A DNA stretch of 64,000 nt from an uncultured Oscillospiraceae bacterium (GTDB taxonomy: Bacteria > Bacillota > Clostridia > Christensenellales > Aristaeellaceae): positions 6,719 through 70,718 of the forward strand of contig CAZKQB010000009.1 in assembly GCA_964554795.1 (NCBI GenBank), in the 5' to 3' direction. Numbering within the stretch: position 1 is the first letter of the stretch; every line of letters starts with the position of its first letter. Shown in pieces: positions 1-8,774 of the stretch. The notes under the pieces were generated by a model, which worked only from the letters and a program-made list of their open reading frames with translations, was not told the origin of the DNA and did no database searches. Both the position numbers and the translations under genes were made by a program.

Positions 1-1155
1 GTAAAGCTCGGGACAGCCGGTCGGAAGCGCAGCGTTGTAAATCAGGTTCAAATTGCTCCACCATTGCATGATGCCCCAGTGCTTAGCTTCGCCACGGGGG
101 CTCAGGTTCAGTCCACCGAACTTTGGCGCGAAATCGGTGCCCCTTGATACACAGGCCATGATGTAGCGGTAATATGTGTAATGAGTTTCAATCGTTTTTG
201 CCTCGGGAAAGCCCCAGAGACGCACGTAGGATTTCTCCCAATATTCCCTCCACCAGGCTTCGCTCTGATGCTTTAGTACCGCATAGCCTGCGGCGGATGC
301 CTCCATGCATTTTCGGGCGGCTTCGGCGGCTACGTCGGTTGCCGGATCGAATGTCGCGGCGGATGCGATGAAGAGAACGTATTCGCCTGTGCCGGGAGCC
401 ATACTGAAGCGCATTTCGGTCTCCTGCTCGCCGCCCAGACCCACGTAGCGAAGCGCGTTGAGCTTGCCGGTACGCAGCAATCCGGGAAGCACGCCATTTG
501 CGCCACCCTCAAAGCCGCGCGCGTCGAGCGTTACGCGGTCTGTGCCGGTTTCGTTGTTAATGCGAATGCGCCCCGGCCTTCCCACAACCTGAACGGCAAC
601 AGCGGAAGCGCAGTAGTACTCCTTTTCCTCAAAAACCTGACGCAGAAGCAAACACTCGCCCTGAATCAGAAAACGGGAAACAGCGATATGCATGCCACGC
701 CGCACCTCCGGCGCACGCAGCATTTTGAGCTTGACGTGGCTTCCCTGAGGAAGATTCCGCCCGTCCTGCACGAGAAAGCAGAATACGTCCAGGTCCATGC
801 ACGAAAAGGCCTGCAAGTTCAGGCCGTGAGAACGTAGCTCGACGGTTGCCGTATTCATAAACAGATCCTGCTGAGTGGAAGCGTCGAAAACATCGTCACC
901 CCAGTCGGCAAGGTCCAGATCGATTCGGGCGCAGGCGTGACCGTAATCGGTATGGCGCTCGTGGAATTCGTCGGAGTCTGCGCCAACGGCAAGCACGTCG
1001 TTTCGGTTGATCTGCATTTTTACGGCGGTTGGAGAAGTCCATAAGAGGGTTCCCATGTTTCCGTTGCCGATGGGAAGCCCCTCCTCTGCACGGGATACTA
1101 CGCCGTCGTAGTGCAAATCGGCGTTTGCGATGATTTCATTGATGGGTATGCTCAT
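1..1155 (-). CDS. putative glycoside hydrolase (GH95/GH65-like N-terminal beta-sandwich), first 385 codons; the gene runs off the left edge
   Basis: Open frame on the - strand from ATG at 1155 (GGGAGG 8 nt upstream) to position 1. It is absent from the ORF track because no stop lies in the window. Hand translation: MSIPINEIIANADLHYDGVVSRAEEGLPIGNGNMGTLLW... The LPIGNGxMG motif near the N-terminus is typical of GH95-like enzymes. Confidence 0.6.
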   Translation of the reverse strand, partial: MSIPINEIIANADLHYDGVVSRAEEGLPIGNGNMGTLLWTSPTAVKMQINRNDVLAVGADSDEFHERHTDYGHACARIDLDLADWGDDVFDASTQQDLFMNTATVELRSHGLNLQAFSCMDLDVFCFLVQDGRNLPQGSHVKLKMLRAPEVRRGMHIAVSRFLIQGECLLLRQVFEEKEYYCASAVAVQVVGRPGRIRINNETGTDRVTLDARGFEGGANGVLPGLLRTGKLNALRYVGLGGEQETEMRFSMAPGTGEYVLFIASAATFDPATDVAAEAARKCMEASAAGYAVLKHQSEAWWREYWEKSYVRLWGFPEAKTIETHYTYYRYIMACVSRGTDFAPKFGGLNLSPRGEAKHWGIMQWWSNLNLIYNAALPTGCPELY

Positions 1156-1390
1156 GGTGGCTTCCTCCCATAATCTGATGAAGTTGATGAGAAACGGAGG
1201 AAACGGAAGGGGAAACGTGCATGGAATGAAGCCGAATCCATTGGTATGCTACACCGGGACAGAGAAAAAGTCAAATGAAGCTTTGATAAAAAGGGGCATA
1301 GGACGGTGAAAAGTCAAAAAAACCGACATGATGTAAAAAAAGAACACATAAAAGCCGAGCAGAAAAGCGAAGTGTGGCAAAAAAGAACAC

Positions 1391-1418
1391 TTGAATCAGC
1401 CGCTCAGTTTCCTATAAT
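1391..1418 (+). promoter_or_regulatory. sigma-70-like promoter of the ABC/GH operon
   Basis: TTGAAT (1391-1396), 16-nt spacer, TATAAT (1413-1418), about 35 nt upstream of the permease start. Confidence 0.5.
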
Positions 1419-1454
1419 GAAAACGAAACGGACGGATTGAGGAGGGAATCGCGC

Positions 1455-2405
1455 ATGCTTGCCGGATCGAGAGGAGAAGAGCGTTCGGGCAGTCGGCTGT
1501 TCTATGGGATCGTGAGGGAAATCAAAAATCATTACAGATTGTATCTGATGCTGGCGCTTCCGCTGGCGTACCTGATTCTGTTTTGCTATGTGCCTATGGG
1601 AAGCCTGATAATTGCATTTGAGGATTATTCCGTTCGGCAGGGTATTTTCAAAAGCCAATGGATCGGGCTTCTTCAATTTGAGAAGATTTTCAGCACGCCG
1701 ACCTTCGCACAGCTACTTCGGAATACGCTGGTGCTGAGCCTATACAGCTTTGCAGCAGGCTTTCCGATGCCGATTCTGCTGGCGCTGGCGCTAAACGAAT
1801 GCCCGAGCCGCATTTTCAAAAAGACGGTTCAATCGATTACCTACGCGCCGTATTTCCTGTCCACGGTTGTGGTTGTAAGCATCATGACGCAATTTTTCCA
1901 TACACGAACCGGCCTTGTGAACAATGTAATCGTGGGGCTTGGCGGGAGCGCACGTAACTTCATGGGTGAAACGCAGTCGTTCAGGCATTTATATGTATGG
2001 AGCGGCGTGTGGAAATCAGCCGGCTATTCGGCTGTGCTGTATCTTGCGTCCCTTTCGAGTGTAGACGCATCGCTTCACGAGGCGGCGATATTGGACGGTG
2101 CGAATAAGGTGCAGCGCGTTATCCATGTGGATTTGCCAAGCATTCTGCCGACGGTCGTCATTTCCATGATTCTTTCGCTGGGCAGCCTGATGAGTCTGGG
2201 CTATGAAAAGGCCTACCTGATGCAGAACGATCTGAATATGTCTGTGTCCGAGATCCTGTCTACATATGTTTATAAGAGGGGGCTTCAGGATATTCAGTAT
2301 TCATACTCGACTGCGCTGGGTTTGTTCAATTCCCTGTGTAATCTGCTGCTGATCTGTCTTGCGAATTTTATCGCCCGGAGGGTCGGCGAAACGAGCCTGT
2401 GGTAA
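1455..2405 (+). CDS. sugar ABC transporter permease, LplB/YteP-like
   Basis: ORF 1437..2405. An internal ATG at 1455 is preceded by GAGGAGG. Multi-TM protein with the LplB-type N-terminus (IKNHYRLYLMLALPLAYLILFCYVPMGSLIIAFEDY). Confidence 0.85.
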   Translation: MLAGSRGEERSGSRLFYGIVREIKNHYRLYLMLALPLAYLILFCYVPMGSLIIAFEDYSVRQGIFKSQWIGLLQFEKIFSTPTFAQLLRNTLVLSLYSFAAGFPMPILLALALNECPSRIFKKTVQSITYAPYFLSTVVVVSIMTQFFHTRTGLVNNVIVGLGGSARNFMGETQSFRHLYVWSGVWKSAGYSAVLYLASLSSVDASLHEAAILDGANKVQRVIHVDLPSILPTVVISMILSLGSLMSLGYEKAYLMQNDLNMSVSEILSTYVYKRGLQDIQYSYSTALGLFNSLCNLLLICLANFIARRVGETSLW

Positions 2406-2440
2406 AGTAGTGCAGAAGTATATGGAAAGGCGGTTGTCCA

Positions 2441-3370
2441 ATGACAAAGGTAAGAGTGCGTCCGGTGGCGAGGAGGAAGATCAGAAGCTATCAGGGAATC
2501 TCCGATTACATCTATCTGGCGTTTACGCTACTCTTTCTGGTCGTGTGCGGAATGGCGGTGTTCCTGCCGCTTCTATATGTGCTGAGCGCGTCGTTCAGTT
2601 CTCCATCGGCCATCGGAAATGGGCAGGTCTATCTACTGCCGGTCGACTTGAGCCTTGCGGGCTATACGGCCGTCGTGACCTCGTCAAGAGTGTGGCTAGG
2701 CTTTCGGAATTCCGTGATTTATACGGTGCTTGGAACCACGCTCAATGTTGCCATGACGATGCTGGCGGCGTATCCGCTCTCACGCAGGGATCTGAAGGGC
2801 CGTGGCGTGATCATGAAGCTGTTTACGTTCACAATGCTCTTTGGGGGCGGTATGATTCCCAATTACCTACTGATGAACAGTCTGAACCTGCTCAACACGG
2901 TGTGGGCAATGATTATCCCGGGTGCGATCAGCGTTTATAATATGATCGTCGCGCGAACCTATATTGTGAACAGCATTCCAAATGAGCTCTACGAGTCTGC
3001 ATCGTTGGACGGCTGTACGGACGACCGATATTTGTGGAGCATCGTCCTTCCACTGTGCAAGCCGATCCTCGCCGTGCTTGTTCTGTGGTACGCCGTCGGG
3101 CATTGGAACGCCTATTTTAATGCGATGATCTACTTGAAGGATAAGAGCCGGTCGCCGTTGCAGATTGTACTACGCGAGTTCCTGATCGTCGAGGATATGA
3201 GCGAGGCCAACATTGCGGACAATATCGAAGCGTATATGGATCAGCTGTACATGAAAAACCTGTATCAGTATTCGCTGATTGTAGTCTCCGCCGTGCCGGT
3301 TATGGCGCTGTATCCTATAATTCAGAAGTACTTTGTGAAGGGAATCATGCTGGGATCAATTAAGGGATGA
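2441..3370 (+). CDS. carbohydrate ABC transporter permease, LplC/YtcP-like
   Basis: 309-aa multi-TM ORF following the first permease. C-terminal PIIQKYFVKGIMLGSIKG is typical of this permease family. Confidence 0.85.
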   Translation: MTKVRVRPVARRKIRSYQGISDYIYLAFTLLFLVVCGMAVFLPLLYVLSASFSSPSAIGNGQVYLLPVDLSLAGYTAVVTSSRVWLGFRNSVIYTVLGTTLNVAMTMLAAYPLSRRDLKGRGVIMKLFTFTMLFGGGMIPNYLLMNSLNLLNTVWAMIIPGAISVYNMIVARTYIVNSIPNELYESASLDGCTDDRYLWSIVLPLCKPILAVLVLWYAVGHWNAYFNAMIYLKDKSRSPLQIVLREFLIVEDMSEANIADNIEAYMDQLYMKNLYQYSLIVVSAVPVMALYPIIQKYFVKGIMLGSIKG

Positions 3371-3461
3371 ACCGAATGGAGAAGAAGGGAGGCAAGGATG
3401 TTCCTACACGTGGTCCCCGCCTGAGACCTGAAAAAGGATAATGAGAAAGGAAGGATACCTA

Positions 3462-5066
3462 ATGAAACGACTGATGTCTCTGATGCTGGTTCTCTGCCTC
3501 GCACTTGGTGCATGCTGGATGGCGAAGGCTGAGAAAGAAGAAACCGTGATCACCGCGTTCCTTGAGGTGGCGGATGCCAGCTGGGATTATTCGCAGAACT
3601 ACTCGCTGAACCTGATTGCCGAGCGCACAGGCGTTCGACTCGATACCACCGGCTACGTGTTCGCTTCGTCTGAGGCGGCTACGCAGAAGCAGCTGATTCT
3701 CGCTTCCGGAAAGTATCCTGAAATTTTTCTGATGCGCGATGCTGGCGCGTTCACGTATGCGGAAATCTATCAGTATGGCGTGAAGGACGGTTACTTTATC
3801 CCGATTCAGGATCTAATTCGTGAGAATGCGCCCAAGATTCAGGCGATCTTCGATGCACAGCCCGAATATGTTAACATGCACACGGCGCCCGACGGAAATA
3901 TGTATGCGGTGACCCGCTTTTCCGAGTGTCAGCACGCGTTGGGCTATTACAAGATGTACATCAACACGGATTGGCTTGACAAGCTAAACCTTGAAATGCC
4001 CACCACGCTTGAAGACCTGAAGGAGGTTCTGATTGCGTTCCGCGATCAGGATCCGAACGGAAACGGCATAGCCGACGAGATTCCGCTGACGGCGCGTGCG
4101 GACAACCTGTTCACAGGCTATTTCATGAACTCCTTTGTCGCCACGGATTTCGTCAAGGGTAAGTTCTCACGTGTTGAGGATGGGAAGGTGCTGTTCTCTG
4201 CCAATACCGAGGAATTCAAGGAATCGCTTGCGTTCATGCGCGACCTGTACGAAGAGGGATTGATTGATCCTAACGCGTTCACGCAGGACAAAACGCAGCT
4301 CAAGCAGGCGGTTTGCGGCGAAACGCCTCTGGTAGGCTGCTTCAGCTGCAGCGGCATTTTCAACATGGACATGAACAACGAGTACGTCTATTCCAACTAT
4401 GCCATCATGATGCCCATGGAAGGACCCAACGGCGTTCAGTTTGCCAGCGCGTCGAATGTTATGGACGCCAACGTGAAGGGCTACTTTCTGATTACGGACA
4501 AATGCCATGATCCGGCAGCAGCTTGCCGCTTTGTCGACGAGTTTGTGGACCCCGAGATCTCGATGATTACCAGCTATGGCGAAAAGGGCGTGAGCTGGGA
4601 TTACGCGGAGCCCGGCCAAAAGAACGTGCTTGGCGGAGAGTATCTGTACGCGTTTACCGGCATAAAGGCAAAGGACAATCAGGTGATTGGCGCAGGTCCG
4701 CAGAATGGTCTGAAAGATCATCGTGCGGCGTGGTCGATCGACGCCTCTGAGGAGCGCCTATATTCCGATCCGACGATCTATGAGTCGCGTCTGGAATGGG
4801 AAACCAAGCGCCTGTCCGAGTATTTCCCCGAAACGATGCCGTCGTATTTCTTCTTTGAGGGCGACGCACTGGAGGAATACGAGGAACTGTATTCGACCTT
4901 TGATTCGTATATCGATCAAAGCGTCGCGGAGTTCATTGTAGGAACCAGAAGCCTTGAGAACGACTGGGACGCCTACCTGTCTGATCTTGAAAAATATGGC
5001 CTTGAGCGGTATATGGAGCTTCAACAGGAAGGCTATGACCTTTACGTCAGCCAGGTAAACAAGTAA
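3462..5066 (+). CDS. extracellular solute-binding lipoprotein, LplA-like
   Basis: ORF 3441..5066. ATG at 3462 follows GGAAGGA. Signal peptide MKRLMSLMLVLCLALGAC has a lipobox cysteine. The large (~530 aa) size matches family-1 sugar-binding proteins. Confidence 0.85.
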   Translation: MKRLMSLMLVLCLALGACWMAKAEKEETVITAFLEVADASWDYSQNYSLNLIAERTGVRLDTTGYVFASSEAATQKQLILASGKYPEIFLMRDAGAFTYAEIYQYGVKDGYFIPIQDLIRENAPKIQAIFDAQPEYVNMHTAPDGNMYAVTRFSECQHALGYYKMYINTDWLDKLNLEMPTTLEDLKEVLIAFRDQDPNGNGIADEIPLTARADNLFTGYFMNSFVATDFVKGKFSRVEDGKVLFSANTEEFKESLAFMRDLYEEGLIDPNAFTQDKTQLKQAVCGETPLVGCFSCSGIFNMDMNNEYVYSNYAIMMPMEGPNGVQFASASNVMDANVKGYFLITDKCHDPAAACRFVDEFVDPEISMITSYGEKGVSWDYAEPGQKNVLGGEYLYAFTGIKAKDNQVIGAGPQNGLKDHRAAWSIDASEERLYSDPTIYESRLEWETKRLSEYFPETMPSYFFFEGDALEEYEELYSTFDSYIDQSVAEFIVGTRSLENDWDAYLSDLEKYGLERYMELQQEGYDLYVSQVNK

Positions 5067-5081
5067 AACGCACGATTGATG

Positions 5082-5114
5082 AAATCGGAGGGGAGAGAGA
5101 CTCTCCTCCGATTT
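5082..5114 (+). promoter_or_regulatory. intra-operon stem-loop after the binding-protein gene (possible attenuator or mRNA stabiliser)
   Basis: AAATCGGAGGGGAGAG-AGA-CTCTCCTCCGATTT, about 14 bp with one bulge. No clean U-tract follows. Confidence 0.45.
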
Positions 5115-5149
5115 CTCGGGCCAGAATGCTTTATTGTGGAGGAACGCGC

Positions 5150-6916
5150 ATGGTGCCGGAATGGATACAGAGGCAGAAGGCGGTCGTCAGACGGACAAAC
5201 GGAAGCACAGCGGATGACGGAACGATTGAAATTCGTCGTAGCTGGCAGGATAATTACCTGAGAACGGAAATCACAAACCGGAGCGCGGAAAGGCAGCAGA
5301 TTCGCGAGGTTGTGGTTGCGGGCGGCGTATATCCGGTAGAGGAAGATTGCCGGTTTTATGCGGAGGGCTTTCAGATGCTTGCGCAGTATACGGGCACGCT
5401 TGCGCAGCCGCGGGTAATTGGAAAATATGGAAGCGACAATCACTTTTTCAATATCCCGGATACGATTTTCAGCAAAGGCTTTTATACGGTATACAATTGT
5501 CTGTATCTGGAGCCCAAGGGGCGAAAGGCGCTTCTGGTGGCTTTCACCTCGAGCCATACCTATGCGGGGCAGTTTCGTTTCCAGGGCAGCTATATCGAGG
5601 CCGTGGAGGATATGGAGGATCGATGGCTACAGCCGGGTGAAACGTGGGTACTGGATGAATTTGGCATTTTCTGCGAAGGAGACAGGGATGAACTGTTTGT
5701 ACGGCTGTCGGAACGGCTGAACCGGAATCATCCGCCGATTCGATATAGCGGAATCCCGTTCGGTTGGTGCTCCTATCATTGCATAAACGGCGTGACGGCA
5801 GAGGAAATGTATGAGCAGACAGAGGCGCTGAAACGCAGGATTCCCGAGCTTCGGAGAATTCAGATCGATGCCGGTTACCAGTCCTCCACCGACTGGCTGA
5901 TTCCTAATCCGTCAACTGGTGCGACCATGAAGGAAATGTGCGAGCGAATTCGGGCGCTGGGCGTGGAACCGGCCGGTTATCTATCTCCATTTCTTGTGGA
6001 TGAGGCATCGGCGCTGTTCAGGGAACATCCGGATTGGGTTGTCTGCGACGGCGAGGGAAAGCCGTTTCACGATTATACGCACGTGCCTCATTGGTATATG
6101 CTGGACGGTTCGAACCCGGAGGCCGTTGACTACATTCGAAACGTTGTGCGCGTGATGCACGATGACTGGGGGCTTCGCTATTTTAAGCTGGACTTTACGA
6201 GCTACGGCGCTTTGCCTGGCGGCGTGCGTCACAACGGCATGACACGCATTGAGTCGTTTCGGAAACTGTTTGGAGCGATTACACAGGAAGTTGGTGGCGA
6301 CAGCTATATTCTGGGCTGCAATGCGCCGTTCTGGCCACAGCTGGGGCTTGTGCATGGAAACCGGGAGACGAACGATGTCTTTAGAAAATGGGAAACCGTA
6401 TCCGAAATCGCCGAGCAGCAGTTCTGGCGTAACTGGCAGAACGGCACGCTCTGGATCAACGACCCAGACGGTGTCGTGCTTGAGAAGCGCGATATGAGCA
6501 GCTATCGCGATGGTAAATATAGAAGGCGAATCTGCGAGCTTAGTGACGCCGAGTTTGCATTCCATAGAGCGTATATCGTTGCCTGTGGCGGTGTGGTGAC
6601 GTCCGGTGATCTCCTGACAGAAATCAGCAATCAAAATCTGGATGTACTCCGAAAAATGATGAAGGAAACGGGTACGGCGGCGAAATTCGACGATACCACG
6701 TTTACGATCGGGCGAATCCGAAAGAAGGGCTATATGCTGATCTGCGCATTTAACTGGGCAGATGAGCCGCGCGACATTGATATCCCGCTGGATGGGAGGT
6801 ATCGCATCTGGACGCTGTTTACCGAGAAAAATCTGGGCGTGCATGAGGAAACTTACAGTATTCACAATGCGCTCCCACACGAGGGCTTTGTACTGAAACT
6901 TGTGCCGGAAGGATGA
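5150..6916 (+). CDS. alpha-galactosidase-like glycoside hydrolase (clan GH-D, GH36/GH27-like)
   Basis: ORF 5126..6916. ATG at 5150 follows GGAGGA. Motifs FGWCSYH...IQIDAGYQ and RYFKLDF resemble the (beta/alpha)8 core and the K-x-D nucleophile region of melibiase-type enzymes. Confidence 0.6.
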   Translation: MVPEWIQRQKAVVRRTNGSTADDGTIEIRRSWQDNYLRTEITNRSAERQQIREVVVAGGVYPVEEDCRFYAEGFQMLAQYTGTLAQPRVIGKYGSDNHFFNIPDTIFSKGFYTVYNCLYLEPKGRKALLVAFTSSHTYAGQFRFQGSYIEAVEDMEDRWLQPGETWVLDEFGIFCEGDRDELFVRLSERLNRNHPPIRYSGIPFGWCSYHCINGVTAEEMYEQTEALKRRIPELRRIQIDAGYQSSTDWLIPNPSTGATMKEMCERIRALGVEPAGYLSPFLVDEASALFREHPDWVVCDGEGKPFHDYTHVPHWYMLDGSNPEAVDYIRNVVRVMHDDWGLRYFKLDFTSYGALPGGVRHNGMTRIESFRKLFGAITQEVGGDSYILGCNAPFWPQLGLVHGNRETNDVFRKWETVSEIAEQQFWRNWQNGTLWINDPDGVVLEKRDMSSYRDGKYRRRICELSDAEFAFHRAYIVACGGVVTSGDLLTEISNQNLDVLRKMMKETGTAAKFDDTTFTIGRIRKKGYMLICAFNWADEPRDIDIPLDGRYRIWTLFTEKNLGVHEETYSIHNALPHEGFVLKLVPEG

Positions 6917-6925
6917 GGAGGGGAA

Positions 6926-7681
6926 ATGATGAATCGGAAGCTCAGGGTAACGGTATGGAATGAATTCAGAGACGAGCAACGCTGGCCGTCGATTCTTGAA
7001 ATGTATCCGGGTGGCGTGCATGAGGAAATCGGACGCATGCTGGCTGATTGCGAGGATATGGAGGTGCGGCAGGCAACCTTCTATGATGAGGAACAGGGCC
7101 TTAGCCGGGAGATTCTCGATAATACGGACGTGCTTTTGTACTATAGTCATATGCTGCAGAATCAGGTGGAGCCGGCGCGGGTCGATGCCATCATTGAGCG
7201 CGTGCATCAAGGAATGGGGCTGATTCTGCTGCATTCTGCGTTGGGGTCGGCGTTATGTCGGCGTCTGCTGGGCTTTTGCTGGCAAGTTCCGTGGCGTGAG
7301 GCACACGAGAAGGAGCGCGTGTTTGTGATTGAGCCAAGCCATCCCATTTGTGATGGAATGGGCGAGTACTTCGAGTTTCCAGAAAGCGAAATGTACGGTG
7401 AGCCGGCGCAGATTCCGCGTCCCGATGAGACAGTATTCCTCAGCTGGTATTCCGGCGGCAATGCATCGCGAAGCGGCTTCACCTATAGCCGCGGCGCGGG
7501 GCGAATCTTCTGTTTCACGCCCGGCCATTCATGGTACAACGTGCTAAAGCAGCCGGCCTATGCGCAGGTTTTGAAAAACGCGATTCGTTGGCTGAAACCA
7601 CCGTGCAGACCGTATTGTCCCGTAGAGGGGCGGATAGACCTGTTGGAGGAAAATACATGGGAGAAACAGGAGAAAGCATAA
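6926..7681 (+). CDS. ThuA domain protein (trehalose-utilisation-like, class I amidotransferase fold)
   Basis: 251 aa. LRVTVWNEFRDEQ...DVLLYYSHM...GMGLILLHSA...FCFTPGH pattern is typical of ThuA. AGGAGG lies upstream. Confidence 0.75.
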   Translation: MMNRKLRVTVWNEFRDEQRWPSILEMYPGGVHEEIGRMLADCEDMEVRQATFYDEEQGLSREILDNTDVLLYYSHMLQNQVEPARVDAIIERVHQGMGLILLHSALGSALCRRLLGFCWQVPWREAHEKERVFVIEPSHPICDGMGEYFEFPESEMYGEPAQIPRPDETVFLSWYSGGNASRSGFTYSRGAGRIFCFTPGHSWYNVLKQPAYAQVLKNAIRWLKPPCRPYCPVEGRIDLLEENTWEKQEKA

Positions 7682-8706
7682 AAATGGCGAAGAGATTTAT
7701 TCAGGTAGGTACCGGCGGCTTCGGCAGGTACTGGTGCAGGCGAATCATTCCAGACGTTGCGGATGTGGCGGTTCCCGTCGCAGCAGTGGATGTGAACAAA
7801 GAGGCGCTTCAAAATGCCGGCTTTGCAGGAATTCCGGAGGAAAATCGATATACGGATATTCGGGAGGCGCTGAGAAATCACAAGGCTGATTTCCTCGTGC
7901 TGGTGATTCCGCCTGAGTACCGAGAGGAGTACATTGACCTGGCCGTAGAATACGGGCTGGATGTTCTGTGTGAAAAGCCGCTGGCTGCGAGCATGGAGGC
8001 GTGTGTTCGAATCTATAATCGGATGAAGGCTGCCGGACTCAAACTGGCAGTGACCATGAGCCATCGCTTTGAGTATGAAAAGCAGACCGTCGAGCAGATT
8101 GTGAAAAGTGGAAGCTATGGAAAACTGAACTACATTGTCAGCAGGCTGAACATTGTGCGGGGGCTGTATGCCAATATCAACACCGTGGATCTGTATGTAA
8201 CGAGCTGTCTTGTACACAATCTGGACACCATACGCGGCGTGGCAGGCGCAGATGTGAAAACCGTGTATGCGGATTACTGGCCGCACGTGGACAACGGCGA
8301 GTATATCGGATGGAGCGGACTGACGATGCTGGAAATGACGAATGGCGTACGTGCTTCGCTGGAGGAGTCGTTTGCCAATGGAAGCACGCTTGACGGGTGG
8401 AGCGACGAGTATCTGCGAGCAGAATGTACGGATGGAACCATCATCGCTGACCACAAGCAAGTGACTGTGCGAAGCGATTGCGGTCTGCCGTATCCGCGGG
8501 AGGCAAAAATGCCGTTGGCAAATGGCGAACACTGGGGTCACGATCGGATTCTGCGTGAATTTGTCGGATGGCTCGACGGAGGCGACGCGCCGACAACCTG
8601 CATTGAAGACAATATGCAGTGCGCGGCACTCATGTTCGCGGCGATTGAGAGCGCAAAGAGCGGACAGAAAATCGACGTTCAGACCTATCTTTCCAGATAC
8701 CTGTAA
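7657..8706 (+). CDS. Gfo/Idh/MocA family oxidoreductase (ThuB-like partner of ThuA)
   Basis: ORF 7531..8706. The likely start is ATG 7657 (GGAGGA 6 nt upstream); ATG 7684 is the alternative (MAKRFIQVGTGGFGRYW Rossmann start). EKP motif (LCEKPLA) is present. Confidence 0.8.
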   Translation: MGETGESIKMAKRFIQVGTGGFGRYWCRRIIPDVADVAVPVAAVDVNKEALQNAGFAGIPEENRYTDIREALRNHKADFLVLVIPPEYREEYIDLAVEYGLDVLCEKPLAASMEACVRIYNRMKAAGLKLAVTMSHRFEYEKQTVEQIVKSGSYGKLNYIVSRLNIVRGLYANINTVDLYVTSCLVHNLDTIRGVAGADVKTVYADYWPHVDNGEYIGWSGLTMLEMTNGVRASLEESFANGSTLDGWSDEYLRAECTDGTIIADHKQVTVRSDCGLPYPREAKMPLANGEHWGHDRILREFVGWLDGGDAPTTCIEDNMQCAALMFAAIESAKSGQKIDVQTYLSRYL

Positions 8707-8774
8707 ACGGACAATACAAAGGAAATGCGGCGTGTACAACGGTTACGCGCCGCATTTACATACCTGAAAACGTG

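Noticed and set aside
1175-1195. CTGATGA...GAAAC string reminiscent of a hammerhead ribozyme core
   Set aside because: No stem II hairpin lies between the two boxes, and there are no flanking stems I/III. It is most likely a chance occurrence in a promoter-proximal spacer.
5981-7234. 417-aa - strand ORF spanning the 3' end of the GH-D gene and the 5' end of thuA
   Set aside because: It is antisense to two well-supported genes. It has no RBS and its sequence is low-complexity.
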